Assembly (NCBI GenBank): GCA_951406725.2
Contig: OX597836.1
Location: forward strand, 6,696,001-6,760,000
Length of the DNA: 64,000 nt
Origin: Octopus vulgaris
Taxonomy: Eukaryota
Reading direction: 5' to 3'
The translations under genes were made by a program, and so were the position numbers. This document shows positions 42,040-55,250 of this stretch, piece by piece. The notes beneath the pieces are model-generated. The model did no database searches and was not told the origin of the DNA. It was given only the letters and a program-made list of their open reading frames with translations. Every line of letters begins with the position of its first letter. Position 1 is the first letter of the stretch.

Positions 42040-42270
42040 CAGGGACAGCCGGGAGTCATATGGAGCCTGGTTTAGAGCCATTACTGTAAGATATTCTCAG
42101 AATTGGTCGTCCGCTCAAATTTGAGAACTTTTGCCCCCATTTCTTTAAAAAGACGACGGTTGAAGTTGTTTACGTGGAACAGAATTATAAGGTCTTCACT
42201 GTAAAAAAAAATGAGAGTCAGTCAAGGACGCATGCTGTCTCCTAAACTGAATAATGTCTGCCTTCTCTGT
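42040..42270 (+). pseudogene. Highly decayed non-LTR reverse transcriptase fragment (RTE-like)
   Basis: ..RIGRPLKF..KKTTVEVVY..KVFTVK..RVSQGRMLSPKLNNV resembles the RT GVRQGCxLSPxLFN motif and its upstream context. Confidence 0.5.
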
Positions 42271-42535
42271 ATGGCAAAAATGTAACACGTGGGAAGAAAA
42301 ACAGATAAAAGTCACAAATAACTTCTGGCTCGGTGGAAATCTTTTCAAACTCAGAAAACCACAGACCACAATCGAGCCCAGATCTGAACAAATAAATAAA
42401 GTTAATTGACATTATTCAAATAACCCATATTCCGGAAGTCCAACAGGCCATCATTTCGGCAGCCATTACAGCTTATAAGTTTATATTTAAAGAACATGTT
42501 TATATGCACGTATATAAAGATATGTACATGCATAT

Positions 42536-42991
42536 AGGAGTGGCTATGTGGTAAGTAGCTTGCTTACCAACCACATGGTTCCGGATTCAGTCCCACTGAT
42601 TGGCACCTTGGGCAAGTGTCTTCTACTATAGCCACGGACCAATCAAAGACTAGGGAGTGGATTTGGTAAAATGAAAACTAGAAGAAACCCGTCGTATATA
42701 TATGTATGCATGTATGTATGTATGTATGTATGTATGTATGTATGTATGTATGTATGTATGTATGTATGTATGTATGTATGTGTGTGTGTGTCTGTGCTTG
42801 TCCCCTCTCTTCGCTTGACAGCCGATGCTGGTGTGTTTACGTCCCCGTAACATAGCAGTTCGAGAAAAGAGACCGATAGAATAATTACTAGGCTTACAAA
42901 GAATAAGTCCTGGGGTGGATTTGCTCGACTTAAGGCGGTGCTCCAGCATGGCCGCAGTCAAATGACTGAAACAAGTAAATGAGTAAAAGAG
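42536..42991 (+). mobile_element. SINE family A, full length, with expanded internal (TATG)n
   Basis: Complete head, body, microsatellite and tail ending ..CTGAAACAAGTAAATGAGTAAAAGAG. Confidence 0.92.
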
Positions 42992-43294
42992 CATGTATAT
43001 ACGTATGTGTTTGTGAGTGTGTATGTATGTATATATATATTAACATGTATGTATAATAATATAGTGCGTGTATACTTGCCATATTTTTCCTCGTGTCTTA
43101 CACACGCTCCTTTCATCGCTTTATATTTCTATGTATAAGACTACAAACTTATGAGAGTTTGTTTTTTTTTTCTCTATTTCTTTATGGTCAATATACCGAG
43201 ATACTACGGTGACATTATTTTTTGCATCTACAGTAATATCTCTCAATATCACTAATACACACACATACATGCACACACACATATATATATATAG

Positions 43295-43337
<43 letters not shown>

Positions 43338-43370
43338 TATATATAACTATATATATGCATATATAAACTA

Positions 43371-43409
<39 letters not shown>

Positions 43410-43705
43410 AAGAACTCGTCTACCCTTGTTTATGTTTTAATTGTCGGCTATTGTGAAGGGGAATCCAGGTCGTAGACCCAATAAATGTCATTCTAAGACA
43501 TGCCTGACTGGATAAGATTTTGCACCGCAACAGACAGACGTGTGAAGACTAACAACGGGGTTAACGTAAGTAAGGGGACTCCAGATCTGCGCAGGAGAAT
43601 CTGAAGTGAAAATAATCAGCGTTCGATACTCGGAGACATTGAAGAAACCTGAAGAATTGATAGATCCTTTCTTTGAGACATGTTGATGTTATTGATGTTA
43701 CTGTG

Positions 43706-43926
43706 AGGCGGCGAGCTGGCAGAATCGTTAGCACGTCAGGCAAAATGTTTAGCGGTGTCTTGTCCCTCTTTACGTCTTTTTTGAGTTCGAATTCCGCCGG
43801 GGTTGACTTTGCATTTCATCCTCCCGGGATCGATAAATTAAATTCCAGTTGTGTACTGGGGTCGATCTAATCGACTAGCCCCCTCACCCAAATTTCAGGC
43901 CTTGTGTCTTTAGTAGAAAGGATTAT
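43706..43926 (+). mobile_element. SINE family B, full length (tail type 2)
   Basis: GGCGGCGAGCTGGCAGAATCGTTAGC...AATTTCAGGCCTTGTG..AGTAGAAAGGATTATT. Confidence 0.9.
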
Positions 43927-44278
43927 TGTTGTAATTGTTGTTGTTGTTGTTGTTGGTTAGCCTGGAGTCGTCCCGAATTGAGCAAATCAATGATTAAATG
44001 TAATTTGGTCACTACATCATCCGATTTTGTCCTCGTTATTATTTTGTTAATAGCTGTTGGTAGATCGATAAAATCGATGTACAATTACGGTGATGAATTA
44101 ACGGAATCACCACAAAAACGAAACCAAAAAAAACCGAAACCTCACTCCAGTATAGAACAGAATCGGTGGCATTAATGGTAGGCTAGCGAACAAGCAGTCT
44201 TGGAGCATTTACTCGGATATTCTTTTATGGCTTCAGTCCTTTGGTAATTTTTGTTTCATTGACCCTGAAAGGATGAAG

Positions 44279-44605
44279 GTGGAGGCGCAATGGCCTAGTG
44301 GTTAGGGCAACGGACTGGCTGTCGGAGGATCGCGGTTTCGATTCCCAGACTGGGCGTTGTGTGTGTTTATTGAGCGAAAACGCCTAAAAAGTTCCACGAG
44401 GCTCCGGCAGGGGGTGGTGGCAACCCGTATTGTACTCTTTCACCCCAACTTTTTCTCTCACTCTCTCTTCCTCTTTCTTGAGTAACGCTGGGATGGACTG
44501 GCGACCCGTCCAGCTGTGTGTGTGTGGGGGGGGGACATACGCCACAGAAACCGGGAAACCGGGCCCGTGAGCCTGGCTAGGCTTGAAAAGGGCGACGTTG
44601 GCGTC
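44279..44605 (+). mobile_element. SINE family C with V-domain-like tail, nested in a family B copy, 12-bp TSD
   Basis: GAAAGGATGAAG at 44267 and 44606; tail GATGGACTGGCGACCCGTCCAG..GCCACAGAAACCGG. Confidence 0.9.
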
Positions 44606-45190
44606 GAAAGGATGAAGAATAAATTTGACCTCGGTGAGATTTGAACTACGAACGAAAAATTCTGTCTGTTACTCCTAGCGATTTTGCCATATTGACAGTT
44701 TGAAGAAATCTGTTATTAAAAATCTATACTATCTAATATTTTCTTTACTATATTGATATGAGATAGGGATGTTGTGATTTTTATGGCTATTTGACTGCTC
44801 TTTCTAATAGATCAACCCTGATCTAATAAACCTAGTATTAAAAATGTTCCAGCCATGACCATCCTGCCTTTTAGTATACCTAGCATAATATTCCCTAATG
44901 TTTGTCCCTCAGCAAAAATCGTAAACTTTGTTTTGGCGACGATTTGGGTGTTATTTCTAGCGACCGCGTAAAGGTTCCGTTGTTGGCTCATGATGATATT
45001 ACATTGTTGTTGCTGATGTTGTTGCTACCGCTGCTGCTGCCGCTGGTCTTATTTTTGTCATATCGGATCAAGTGTATATTAATATGTATGATCAAAGTAT
45101 TATCTAGCCGTTGCCATATTGTCTCGTGTGTGTGTGTGTGTGTGTACATGCATATACATATATATATATGTATGTATGTTTGTATATGTA

Positions 45191-45271
<81 letters not shown>

Positions 45272-46086
45272 ATGTATGTATTCATGACTACATAATCTGT
45301 GCTTTTCTCCCTTTTTACAGATACTAAGACGTGATGTGAATGAGAGATGGCTGTTGTTTCTAAACAGCAGGTCCACTACGCCGACGTTTTACTAATTGTC
45401 TCGTTCAAACATAGTGTACCAAAGACCACATCATCTAATGTAAACTACACCTCATTTAGACATAGTATATAACAGACTACATCGTCTAATATAGCCTTCC
45501 TATTAAAAAAAAAGAAAGAAACAGTAAAACGAAAAGGAAACTAAATAGGCCATGCTTTGATTGAACACATGACGTCTATTTCCAGCAGGGCAACCAACCA
45601 CATAGAAGATTCTTTCGTTGCCTTACGATAAACAAGTACGTTTCAAGCGGACAGCAAAGAGACAAGAGTTCAGACGAAATCTTTGAACGAACTGTCAATG
45701 AAAAAGTCGCCATTACTAAACACACACATACACAATACACACACACACACACACTTATAACATAGAACGCAGCTTGCCGCCATCTTCCTTTCCCTCCTAT
45801 CGCCTTTTATTTGCCAGATCTTTGATATTTATGAATACAAAGTCAGCTTGGCCGCCTTGAACATGACAACAGAAAAATATGAAGTATTTCTCGAGAAAAG
45901 AAAGACTTTGTTTAAAGCGGTTATCGTGGATTCGATCAATGTGAATGCAAACCACTTGATTAGCCTCGTTAACCGAAACCCATACACTCTTGATAAACTA
46001 TCGCATTTGTTCTCCATTTCTCTTCCTCTCTATTCCTTCCCATCCCTCACTCTCTCTCTCTCTCTCTGTAGCTTTCTATCTCTCTG

Positions 46087-46146
<60 letters not shown>

Positions 46147-46308
46147 CCTATCTATCTATCTATCCCTCATTCTTTGTCTATTTAGCTTCCTTTCTCTCAG
46201 TCTCTTTCTGTCTCTCTCTGCGTTTTCCCTCTTGTTCTGTTTCTCACTCTCTTTGCTCACAGTCCACTGGAAAGGCAGTATAGCTTATACATATATAAGT
46301 TAGTAACA

Positions 46309-46408
<100 letters not shown>

Positions 46409-46420
46409 CATATATATATG

Positions 46421-46511
<91 letters not shown>

Positions 46512-46519
46512 CCTGTGTA

Positions 46520-46559
<40 letters not shown>

Positions 46560-46639
46560 CATATATATATATATACATACATACATATATATATATAGAG
46601 AGAGAGAGATAATATATATATATTTATATAAATACGTAT

Positions 46640-46690
<51 letters not shown>

Positions 46691-46696
46691 TACACA

Positions 46697-46805
46697 GGCT
46701 CAGGTTCAGTCCCTGGGCAAGTGTCTTCTACTGTAGCCTTAGCTTCGGGTCGACCAAAGCCATCTGAGTGGATTTGGTACACGGAAACTGAAAGATGCCC
46801 GCCGT
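46697..46805 (+). mobile_element. SINE family A fragment
   Basis: GGGCAAGTGTCTTCTACTGTAGCC..GGAAACTGAAAGATGCCC. Confidence 0.8.
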
Positions 46806-46824
46806 ATGTATATGTGTGCGTGTG

Positions 46825-46863
<39 letters not shown>

Positions 46864-47034
46864 ACACGCACACATATGTACGTACGTGTGTGTGTTGAGT
46901 GTATGGATAATATATAAGTATCTGCATACTTACACATACACGGACACACAGACACACGCATATTAGGGACTGGTTGAAGTAGGGAAAAACATTGTAATGA
47001 CCATAGAGATCTAGTGAAATCTTCAGTGCTAATT

Positions 47035-47180
47035 AAATGAGAGATGACAATCTGGCTGGCTAGGAAGACAGTCCCACACAGCTTACATACTTGAGCGCCT
47101 CTGTATTCCCCATCCCCCAGCATCCTGGAAATTGGGGCAAAACGATATGGGTCTCAATATCGGTCTTCCTTCAATAGAAT
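47035..47180 (-). pseudogene. Possible RTE-BovB-like C-terminal zinc-finger remnant
   Basis: VCKLCGTVFLASQIVISHL resembles the CxxCGR..S.IGL.SH terminus of RTE ORFs. Confidence 0.35.
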
Positions 47181-47615
47181 GTGTTAGCTATTGGATAGGG
47201 GGAGGTAGGGGTCTTGGAGGTAGGGGTCTTCCACCGGCATCGACGATGAGCGGTTGCATCAGTTGTTTGCTCAACTAAGATATATTCTTGGGAAATTTAC
47301 GTCTAAATGTCTGAATATTCCGCACACTCGTGTGCGTTTAGCATAATCATCAGGCAATTTTGAAAGTATTGCCCATATGTGTGTGACAAGGGGTATGTGT
47401 GTTTGTCTGTGTTGGTGATTGTGAGTGCGCATGTCCACGACTTAACTCCGTGTACGCGTGTGTATCACTGTATGTACATAGATGTGTGTGTATGTGTGTG
47501 TGTGTGCGTGTGTGTGTGTAAAAAGCATGTAGTTTAATATCCATTTAAAAGAAGAAAAGAAAATGGAGATAAGGAAGTTAATAATTGTTTATCATTAACA
47601 AATTGGTCGTCTTCG

Positions 47616-47713
47616 TTTCTTACAGCCGTTTCAATTAATACTCAATAATTTAATTACAAATTTGTGCATTAAATTTACATTTATGTGACATGAATATCAT
47701 TTCATCAGAGGAA
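47616..47713 (-). ncRNA. Hammerhead motif with long AT-rich stem II region
   Basis: Minus strand TTCCT-CTGATGA-AAT..~65 nt..ATT-GAAAC-GGCT-GTA-AGAAA. Confidence 0.55.
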
Positions 47714-47853
47714 AATAAAAAGATGTATCTTTGGATGTTATATGTGGATTTATCAATTCATTTCATCAGACTAAATGTTACGGTTTATGATTTGCGTCAT
47801 TATATGCTCGGGTACACACACACACACACACACATATATATGTATATATATAT

Positions 47854-47885
<32 letters not shown>

Positions 47886-48052
47886 GCACACGTTATATTA
47901 CACGTACATCAGTGCTTATGCCTGCTTACGTATGTACACACATACACACACACATACATACATACATACATACACACACACATACATATGTATGTGTGTT
48001 GTGTGTGTGTGTGTGTGTGCGCGCGCGCGCGTATGTGTGTGTGTATTGTCGT

Positions 48053-48240
48053 TTACTAATTTCAGTCATTAGTCGTCACCCATGCTGGAGCAATGCCTTG
48101 AAAAAGTTTAGTTGAAGGAATCGAACCCCAATACTTGTTTTTGCTAAGCTTGGTATTTGTTCTATCGTTCTGTTTTGCCGAACCACTAAGTGCCGATGGG
48201 ACATAAGGACACCAACACCGGTTGGGGCAAAACAAACACA
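48053..48240 (-). mobile_element. SINE family A 3' half
   Basis: Reverse complement of the family A tail. Confidence 0.75.
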
Positions 48241-48284
48241 AAGAAACACACACAAACACACACGCATATACTAACACACACACA

Positions 48285-48377
<93 letters not shown>

Positions 48378-48557
48378 TCTCACTCAAATGACATGTAAAT
48401 GACCGATCATTCCATAAACTTCTAACTCACTCGTCCATAAAACCCATCCATTAATAATTTAACCCAGGGCTGTTTTCTCCTCGTGGTTTATATTCCTCTT
48501 GTATCGATCGCGTTCACACCAACAGCATCTTCTAAAATCACATTTTGCAATCAAATC

Positions 48558-48752
48558 TTTTTACTCTTTTACTTGTTTCAGTCATTTTGACTGCGGCCAT
48601 GCAGGAGCACCGCCTTTAGTCGAGCAAATCGACTCAGGACTTATTCTTTGTAAGCCTAGTATTTATTCTATCGATCTCTTTTGCCGAACCACTAAGTTAC
48701 GGGGACGTAAACACACCAGTATCGGTTGTCAAGTGATGTTGGGGGTACAAAC
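48558..48752 (-). mobile_element. SINE family A 3' half
   Basis: CTTTTACTTGTTTCAGTCATTTTGACTGCGGCCATGC.. Confidence 0.85.
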
Positions 48753-49289
48753 ACAGAGACGCGCGCGCGCTTTTTAATTTCGATCTGTTTCATTATGACT
48801 GACAGGGATTGAACACACGAAAGGACCACTAATGAGGTAGGATAGCACCAACATGCATTTATCAATCCACATAGAAACAACAGCCAATTCACCCTCGAAA
48901 TAACACACTTTGTACATCAATAAAAAACAGAAATGAAATATATATTAAATAATATAGAGGTCCGTCATAAACGAATGGTTATCGAAAGGTGGGGTGGCCA
49001 TGACCGGAACAGCTTTCATCATAGATCTCCTACATCACGACAGACTTGGAACTAAAACAACCACAGCAACTCACATATACAAACACATTTTTCATCTCAA
49101 CCCTTTTTCTGTTTCATCCTCTCTTTCACACACACACACACGCACACACATGCACACATACACACACGCACACACGCACACACACACAACCACAAGCTCA
49201 TATAAGTCCATGCACAGCGCAGAGTGATGTGCGATTGGTGAATTAAGCGGTCATATCGAACATAAAGGGAGGTATTGTGCGTAGTGTGA

Positions 49290-49316
49290 TGACGTCACAA
49301 TGTTGTGGTGACGTCA
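49290..49316. promoter_or_regulatory. Pair of perfect CRE palindromes
   Basis: TGACGTCA at 49290-49297 and 49309-49316; ATTGG (reverse CCAAT) near 49235; function not shown. Confidence 0.35.
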
Positions 49317-49704
49317 CTCTATTGATTTAATGATATGTTACAGAGATGCCACTATCCATCCTGAATTTGACTTGATGTTTGTGCATCTATATATGCATTT
49401 ATACATGCATACATGCGCGCGCACACACATATGTAATAGATGCATATTTATCACTCAATTTTCCATTCTCTCCTCATACATATTACAAATAATACAGACT
49501 TACACACACACATATATATATGTGTGTGTGTGTGTATGTATATAATATATACATACATATACATACATATACATATACAAACATATATAAACATATATAT
49601 ATATATACATCTTAATATACAGTTATATACTCATATGAATATATATCTACAATACACGATGTATATATGGCAAAAGAAAAAGTGATTGTCTTATGAATTT
49701 CATT

Positions 49705-49785
49705 AGCTTACAACTGTTTCCACTTCTAGATGCAGTGAATTCATAGACGAGTGTCTGAATAACACCTTACAGCTTCATCAGAGCC
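49705..49785 (-). ncRNA. Hammerhead motif with long stem II insert
   Basis: Minus strand GGCT-CTGATGA-..~55 nt..-GAAAC-AGTT-GTA-AGCT. Confidence 0.55.
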
Positions 49786-49879
49786 TCAATCTTTGAGGCT
49801 CATGAGATAATCGCTTTATTCCTTTGTCATCTGTTCTTATTACCACTCGATACTTGACTAATACTCCACACACACAAAC

Positions 49880-49955
<76 letters not shown>

Positions 49956-50253
49956 TGAGGTCTAATACCAGGTTATTAGTCTAGCAACGCATAAGTATGT
50001 ATACACATATACATATATTTAGACGTGTGTGCGTGTGTTTGTGTGTGTGTATGTGTGTGTGTATGTATAGATAGATAGATAGATTAAATGATTGATTGAT
50101 TGATTGATTAATTGATTGATTGATTGATCGATCGATTGATTGACTAATCAGAATTCAACTCCAAGGAAAACCCATTACAAGTACGACACTATTTGTGTAA
50201 GAATATTTTTTAAATATATTCGCTATGTCTAAGGAAACACCTATGCATGTGTG

Positions 50254-50317
<64 letters not shown>

Positions 50318-50977
50318 CGCGTGTTTGTGTGTGGGCGCGTGTTTGTGTGTGTTTACACGAGTAGCGTTTCCTGTATGAAATCAGAGAATGAAACAGTTAA
50401 GCTATATCAATGAACGTCAATAACAAATCAGATTTTAATACGAGTCTCTCCCACTTTTATGGGTGACAGCCGGAGGGGGGAGGGGGACATTTTCCAACGT
50501 TATGTTTAACCTATTTCTTTTTTCTCTTTGATTTTAACATAATTAACAGGGACCACCCACTACACATGCATATGTCTGAATACGTGTATGTGGGTACTTA
50601 AGGAGATCAGAGGTACCTAAAAGTTTCCGGTCATTATTTTAGCCAATGTCGTTTTGAAATAATATCTGTATTTTCATTTGGAAAACAAATTTGCAGCGAA
50701 GATTTGAATAAAAGATTGCTATTAGTACAAGGAAGATCGATCATTGGATTCAAAATGCAACAGATGCATTTTTTTGATCAAGCATATAAGCTTGGAGAGG
50801 CTTCGTGCAAGTTTTCTCTCAAGCTTCTTAATATATGAAGACCTCTGTGAAAACTGTTTTTATAACAAATTTTCTACTCCATTGCGTTAAAGTTGAATCC
50901 AATAACAACATTTCCCCCGCAAAACTTCTAATTGATCTGACTGAGAATTGCTTTATAACTTTTTTTATCAACATATA

Positions 50978-51541
50978 TTGGGTTGTCCGGAAAGTTCGTG
51001 CCGATTTTTAAAGGAAAGAAAAAGGTCAATAAATACTTGCCGTTACATTTTTAATCAACCAAATATGAAACATTTTGTTGCACAATGCGTCTCCATGTTT
51101 GCTTTAACTTGAAAATACCCTCTTCCCAGAATTGAGGGGGTTTCATGGCAAAGAATTCATCAAGGTATCTTTTTATGTCGTCCAAAGAATTGAAATTTTT
51201 ACCATTAAGACTATTCTGCAGAAATCTGAATAAGTGGAAATCCGAAGGAGCAATATCTGGTGAATATGGAGGGTGGGGTAACACATCCTAGCCGAGCTGC
51301 AGCAATCTTTGCCTGGTTTCCAAAGCATCAAGTGCCGAAAATGAACTTTCTTATCTTCCATTTTAAAAGATTACAGAATTAACGCAGATTATAGGAACAA
51401 ATATTCTTCCATGGAAAAATAGCGTAAACTGTGCTCTAAATGGAGGTGTAGTCAAATCCTATTTTATGGACTCAAACATGATCTAAAATAAGTCGAAAGT
51501 TAAGCTACTATAAGTTGGCACGAACTTTCCGGACAACCCAA
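50978..51541 (-). mobile_element. Internally deleted mariner transposon (564 bp)
   Basis: Perfect 25-bp TIRs TTGGGTTGTCCGGAAAGTTCGTGCC (50978-51002 and 51517-51541) with TA on both sides. Confidence 0.95.
51051..51361 (-). pseudogene. Mariner transposase remnant: first 14 aa joined out of frame to the C-terminus
   Basis: MEDKKVHFRHLMLW | TRQRLLQLG*DVLPHPPYSPDIAPSDFHLFRFLQNSL..; YSPDxAPSD is the mariner third catalytic Asp motif. Confidence 0.95.
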
Positions 51542-51683
51542 TACAAACATAAACAAACATTAAAGAAAAAAATGAAGGAAAAATTGCCACAAGCTCCTCC
51601 AAACGCAACTGGTGATTAATTTTGCCCTAATATTTTGCCCTAATATTCAACCATTATATATTCATATAACACTGCTTTTATGT

Positions 51684-51886
51684 GTAGCGAAAAGTGCTTT
51701 ACAGTGGAGTTCGGATGGATATAGAAAGAAAGGTAGGCCTAAGAACTCGTGGCGTAGATCAACACAAAAGGAACTAGAGAAAGGGCAGAGTATAAGTACC
51801 CATGGCAGAGTATAAGTACAGAAGCGAAAAATTATGCGACATGGAATTCAACTATAAGTGGCTTATACTCCGCGTTGGAGAATTAA
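51684..51886 (+). mobile_element. RTE-clade LINE 3' coding end
   Basis: VAKSALQWSSDGYRKKGRPKNSWRRSTQKELEK..WQSISTEAKNYATWNSTISGL; typical G.R..GRP..W RTE C-terminus; internal 16-bp duplication GGCAGAGTATAAGTAC. Confidence 0.8.
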
Positions 51887-52429
51887 AGGCAGAAAAAAAG
51901 TATATTCATATATTCCACAATCAATGTTCTAGTTTTCGTAATCATTTGAAATGACCAGACTAATTGTCGTGTGTTGAAACTCAAACAACTATAAGGTAGA
52001 AGAGTCATATTAGCTTTTGGGGAAAACACGAAGTGCTATGAGAGCAGATCTAAGAACGATAGACTCCGAGTTTGTAATACAAAATCCAGTATGCCTCCTC
52101 TGTGGAATCCAAGAATTACTGCTTCTATATCTCTAGGTCTCCTATAGCAAATAAGAATAATGTCAATCTTAGCATTATTTTGTATAGTTTGGTTGATTCA
52201 CAGTTTGAAAATATCCTGGTGACTGAAATATGTAACATGATAGAACGAGGGACCTCTGTTGCTAGATCACAAATTGATTGTTTTCTCTGAATGTATATGC
52301 AGAATATGCAACCGCTGAAGAGGTGAGATAAACCTGCAAGGTGAGGGATATATATATATAGTTTGGAATATATATATATATATAATGATAAATATCAAAA
52401 TGAGTTATATACAGTAGCGGTAACACATC

Positions 52430-52559
52430 GTGACGTATTTTTGCCATTTCAATATGGCTAACCCCTAAGGGTGGATGCTACTGTAGTTTTTAGCCCCAGG
52501 AGGACACACTCCTCCAGCTGACCCTTAGGGGTTAGCCATATTGAAATGGCAAAAATACG

Positions 52560-52563
<4 letters not shown>
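52430..52563. repeat. Perfect 43-bp inverted repeat abutting (TA)n
   Basis: 52430-52472 is the exact reverse complement of 52521-52563. Confidence 0.95.
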
Positions 52564-52598
<35 letters not shown>

Positions 52599-52894
52599 AT
52601 ATGTTACATTTACTCAATAGTCAAGATAAAACTCTGAGTTTCAGATGCCGAAGTGGAAATCCACATCACCATCTCTTATATATATATGTATGTATGTTTA
52701 CACACACACATTCATGTATCAATGAATGTCGGTAACAATGTCTAGAATATATATACTTCCATATTGTAATTAAAAGATGGTTAGAAGTCATTGCAGAAGG
52801 ATGCGGAGTTCTCGGGAGAAGATATTGAACAAATATCCATTGTAGAGTCTAGAATGGATGCGACAGATGAGTGTGTGTATGTGTGCATGTGTGT

Positions 52895-52949
<55 letters not shown>

Positions 52950-53211
52950 AGCAGAGTTGGACATATATCTATGTAGATAATTCATAGGCACGCGCTTTAG
53001 TTAAGTAATTAATTAAATAATTAAGTAATTAATTAACTAATTAATTAATTAATTGATTAATGATGCGCGTAGGGCCTGTGTAATAAAGGTTTGTATAAGA
53101 ACAGCTGTTTACGATTGTTTAATGTATTTAATTCAATTTAATAACACTGTCCGCTAAATACTTAAATTTATTCCGAGATGAATTATATACGTATGCGCAT
53201 GTGTGTGTGCG

Positions 53212-53292
<81 letters not shown>

Positions 53293-53519
53293 ACGTGGGC
53301 GTGCATTTACGTATATACATTATTATGTTTATGAATGGAATAAGAGAGCACGCCCAAAGACGGAAAGTGTTGCTGAGGAGGTCACAGATGTGTGTCGAAG
53401 GATCTCTGGACAATAGACATGAGTTAGACTAGACGAGTGAAGAAAGAATGTACAGTGCGTGTGTGTATTTGGAAAAAAAATATGACCGTCCCGAAATTCA
53501 ATAGATATATTTAATTTTC

Positions 53520-53892
53520 TATCTTCTACTTGTTTCAGTTGTGAGACCGCGGCCATTCTGCAGCATCGCCTTGAAGGGGTTTTGGTTTTTTTGGTCGAAT
53601 GCATAGACACCAGAACGTTATTTTAAGACTTGTATTTTGTGCATCGTTCTCTTTTGGATGATCTGCTAAGTTATGGGAATATAAAGAAATCAAAAACGGG
53701 TGTCAAGTGGTGGTAGAGAATACACATACAGATATATATATGACGGGATTCTTTCAGTTTCTGTCTACCATATCCGCTCAAAAGGTTTTGGTCGGCTCCA
53801 AGCTATAGTAGAAGACCTTGCCCAAGGTGTCATTCAGTGGAACTGAACCCGGAGCCATGCGGTTGGAAGCAAACTTCTTACCACGCAACCAT
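53520..53892 (-). mobile_element. SINE family A, older full-length copy
   Basis: Reverse complement of head, body and tail. Confidence 0.8.
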
Positions 53893-53996
53893 ACGCACAC
53901 ATGCACATACACACACACACTCACATATATATGTATATATGTGTGCGTGTGTATGTGTGCGTGTGTATGTGTGTCTATATGTGTATGCATGTGTGT

Positions 53997-54292
53997 GTGA
54001 AGGTGCATGGCTTAGTGGTTAGGGTGTTATACTCACGATTGCAAGATCGTGGGTTCGACTCCGAGACCGGGCTTTGCGTTATGTTCTTGAGCAAGGCACT
54101 TCATTTCACGCTGCTCTGGGATCATTTCATCACCTGACATGTGGCAGGTAATGTACAGGTAACGCCGATCTGATGGAGGGAGTGAGCTTATGTCTACTCA
54201 AAACGTTTGATCACTATAAACAAATCATCTGTGTGGTTGTTCGGTAAGAAATTGTTGAACCCTCATATGTCATCTAATGATGGAAGAGTCCA
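53997..54292 (+). mobile_element. SINE family D (tail type 4) followed by (TTA)n to ~54386
   Basis: GTGAAGGTGCATGGCTTAGTGGTTAGGG..GGTTCGACTCC..CTTGAGCAAGGCACTTCATTTCACG. Confidence 0.8.
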
Positions 54293-54293
54293 A

Positions 54294-54389
<96 letters not shown>

Positions 54390-54610
54390 ACACACATATG
54401 CATTCATAGATAAACAAGCGCATGATCATTCAGGTGAGTTAATATAGCTACGGTTGAATTATGCATTGATTCCTTTAAAAAAGAAGAAAAATGAAGGATA
54501 TGATTGAGGGTGATTTAGCTGTTATGCCTGGTGATTCGATCAAGCACACAGAATCTCCTGCAACTGGCGCCTAGGTAAGATAATGGCTGTGCTTGTGATG
54601 GCTGCTCTTG

Positions 54611-55028
54611 TATATTTATTTCTTTATTGCCAACAAGGGGCTAAACAGTGAGGGGACAAACAAGGACAAAGGGATTAAGTGGATTGCATCGACCCCAGTG
54701 CATAACTGGTACTTATTTAATCAACCCCGAAAGGATGAAAGGCAAAGTCGACCACGGTGGAATTTGAACTCAGAACGTAAAGACAGACGAAATGCCTATT
54801 TCTTTACTACCCACAAGGGGCTAAACATAGAGAGGACAAACAAGGACAGACAAACGGATTAAGTCGATTATATCGACCCCAGTGAGTAACTGGTATTTAT
54901 TTAATCGACCCTGAAAGGATGAAAGGCAAAGTCGACCTCGGCGGAATCTGAACTCAAAACGTAGCGGCAGACGAAATACCGCTAAACATTTTACCCGGTG
55001 TGTTAACGATTCTGCCAGCTCGCCGCCT
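54611..55028 (-). mobile_element. Head-to-tail tandem of two SINE family B units
   Basis: Units ~54611-54795 (lacking the A box) and ~54796-55028 (full). Confidence 0.9.
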
Positions 55029-55250
55029 TGGGTCATAAAATGATGGCTGAAAGTGCTGAACTTTCAGAATAGTTACTATTCTGGACAAAATGCTTAATGC
55101 CGACGGGGTCGTCTTTGCCATTCATGAATTCGGGGTCGATAAGAAAAGTACCAGTTGAGTACTGGGGTCGATGCAATTGACTTACTCGACTCCTTCGAAA
55201 TCGCTGGCCTTGTGTCAAAATTTGAAAGCAATATTGTAATCACAGAATAA

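Noticed and set aside
52995-53062. Cluster of TAAT homeodomain sites
   Set aside because: Indistinguishable from a (TAAT)n microsatellite
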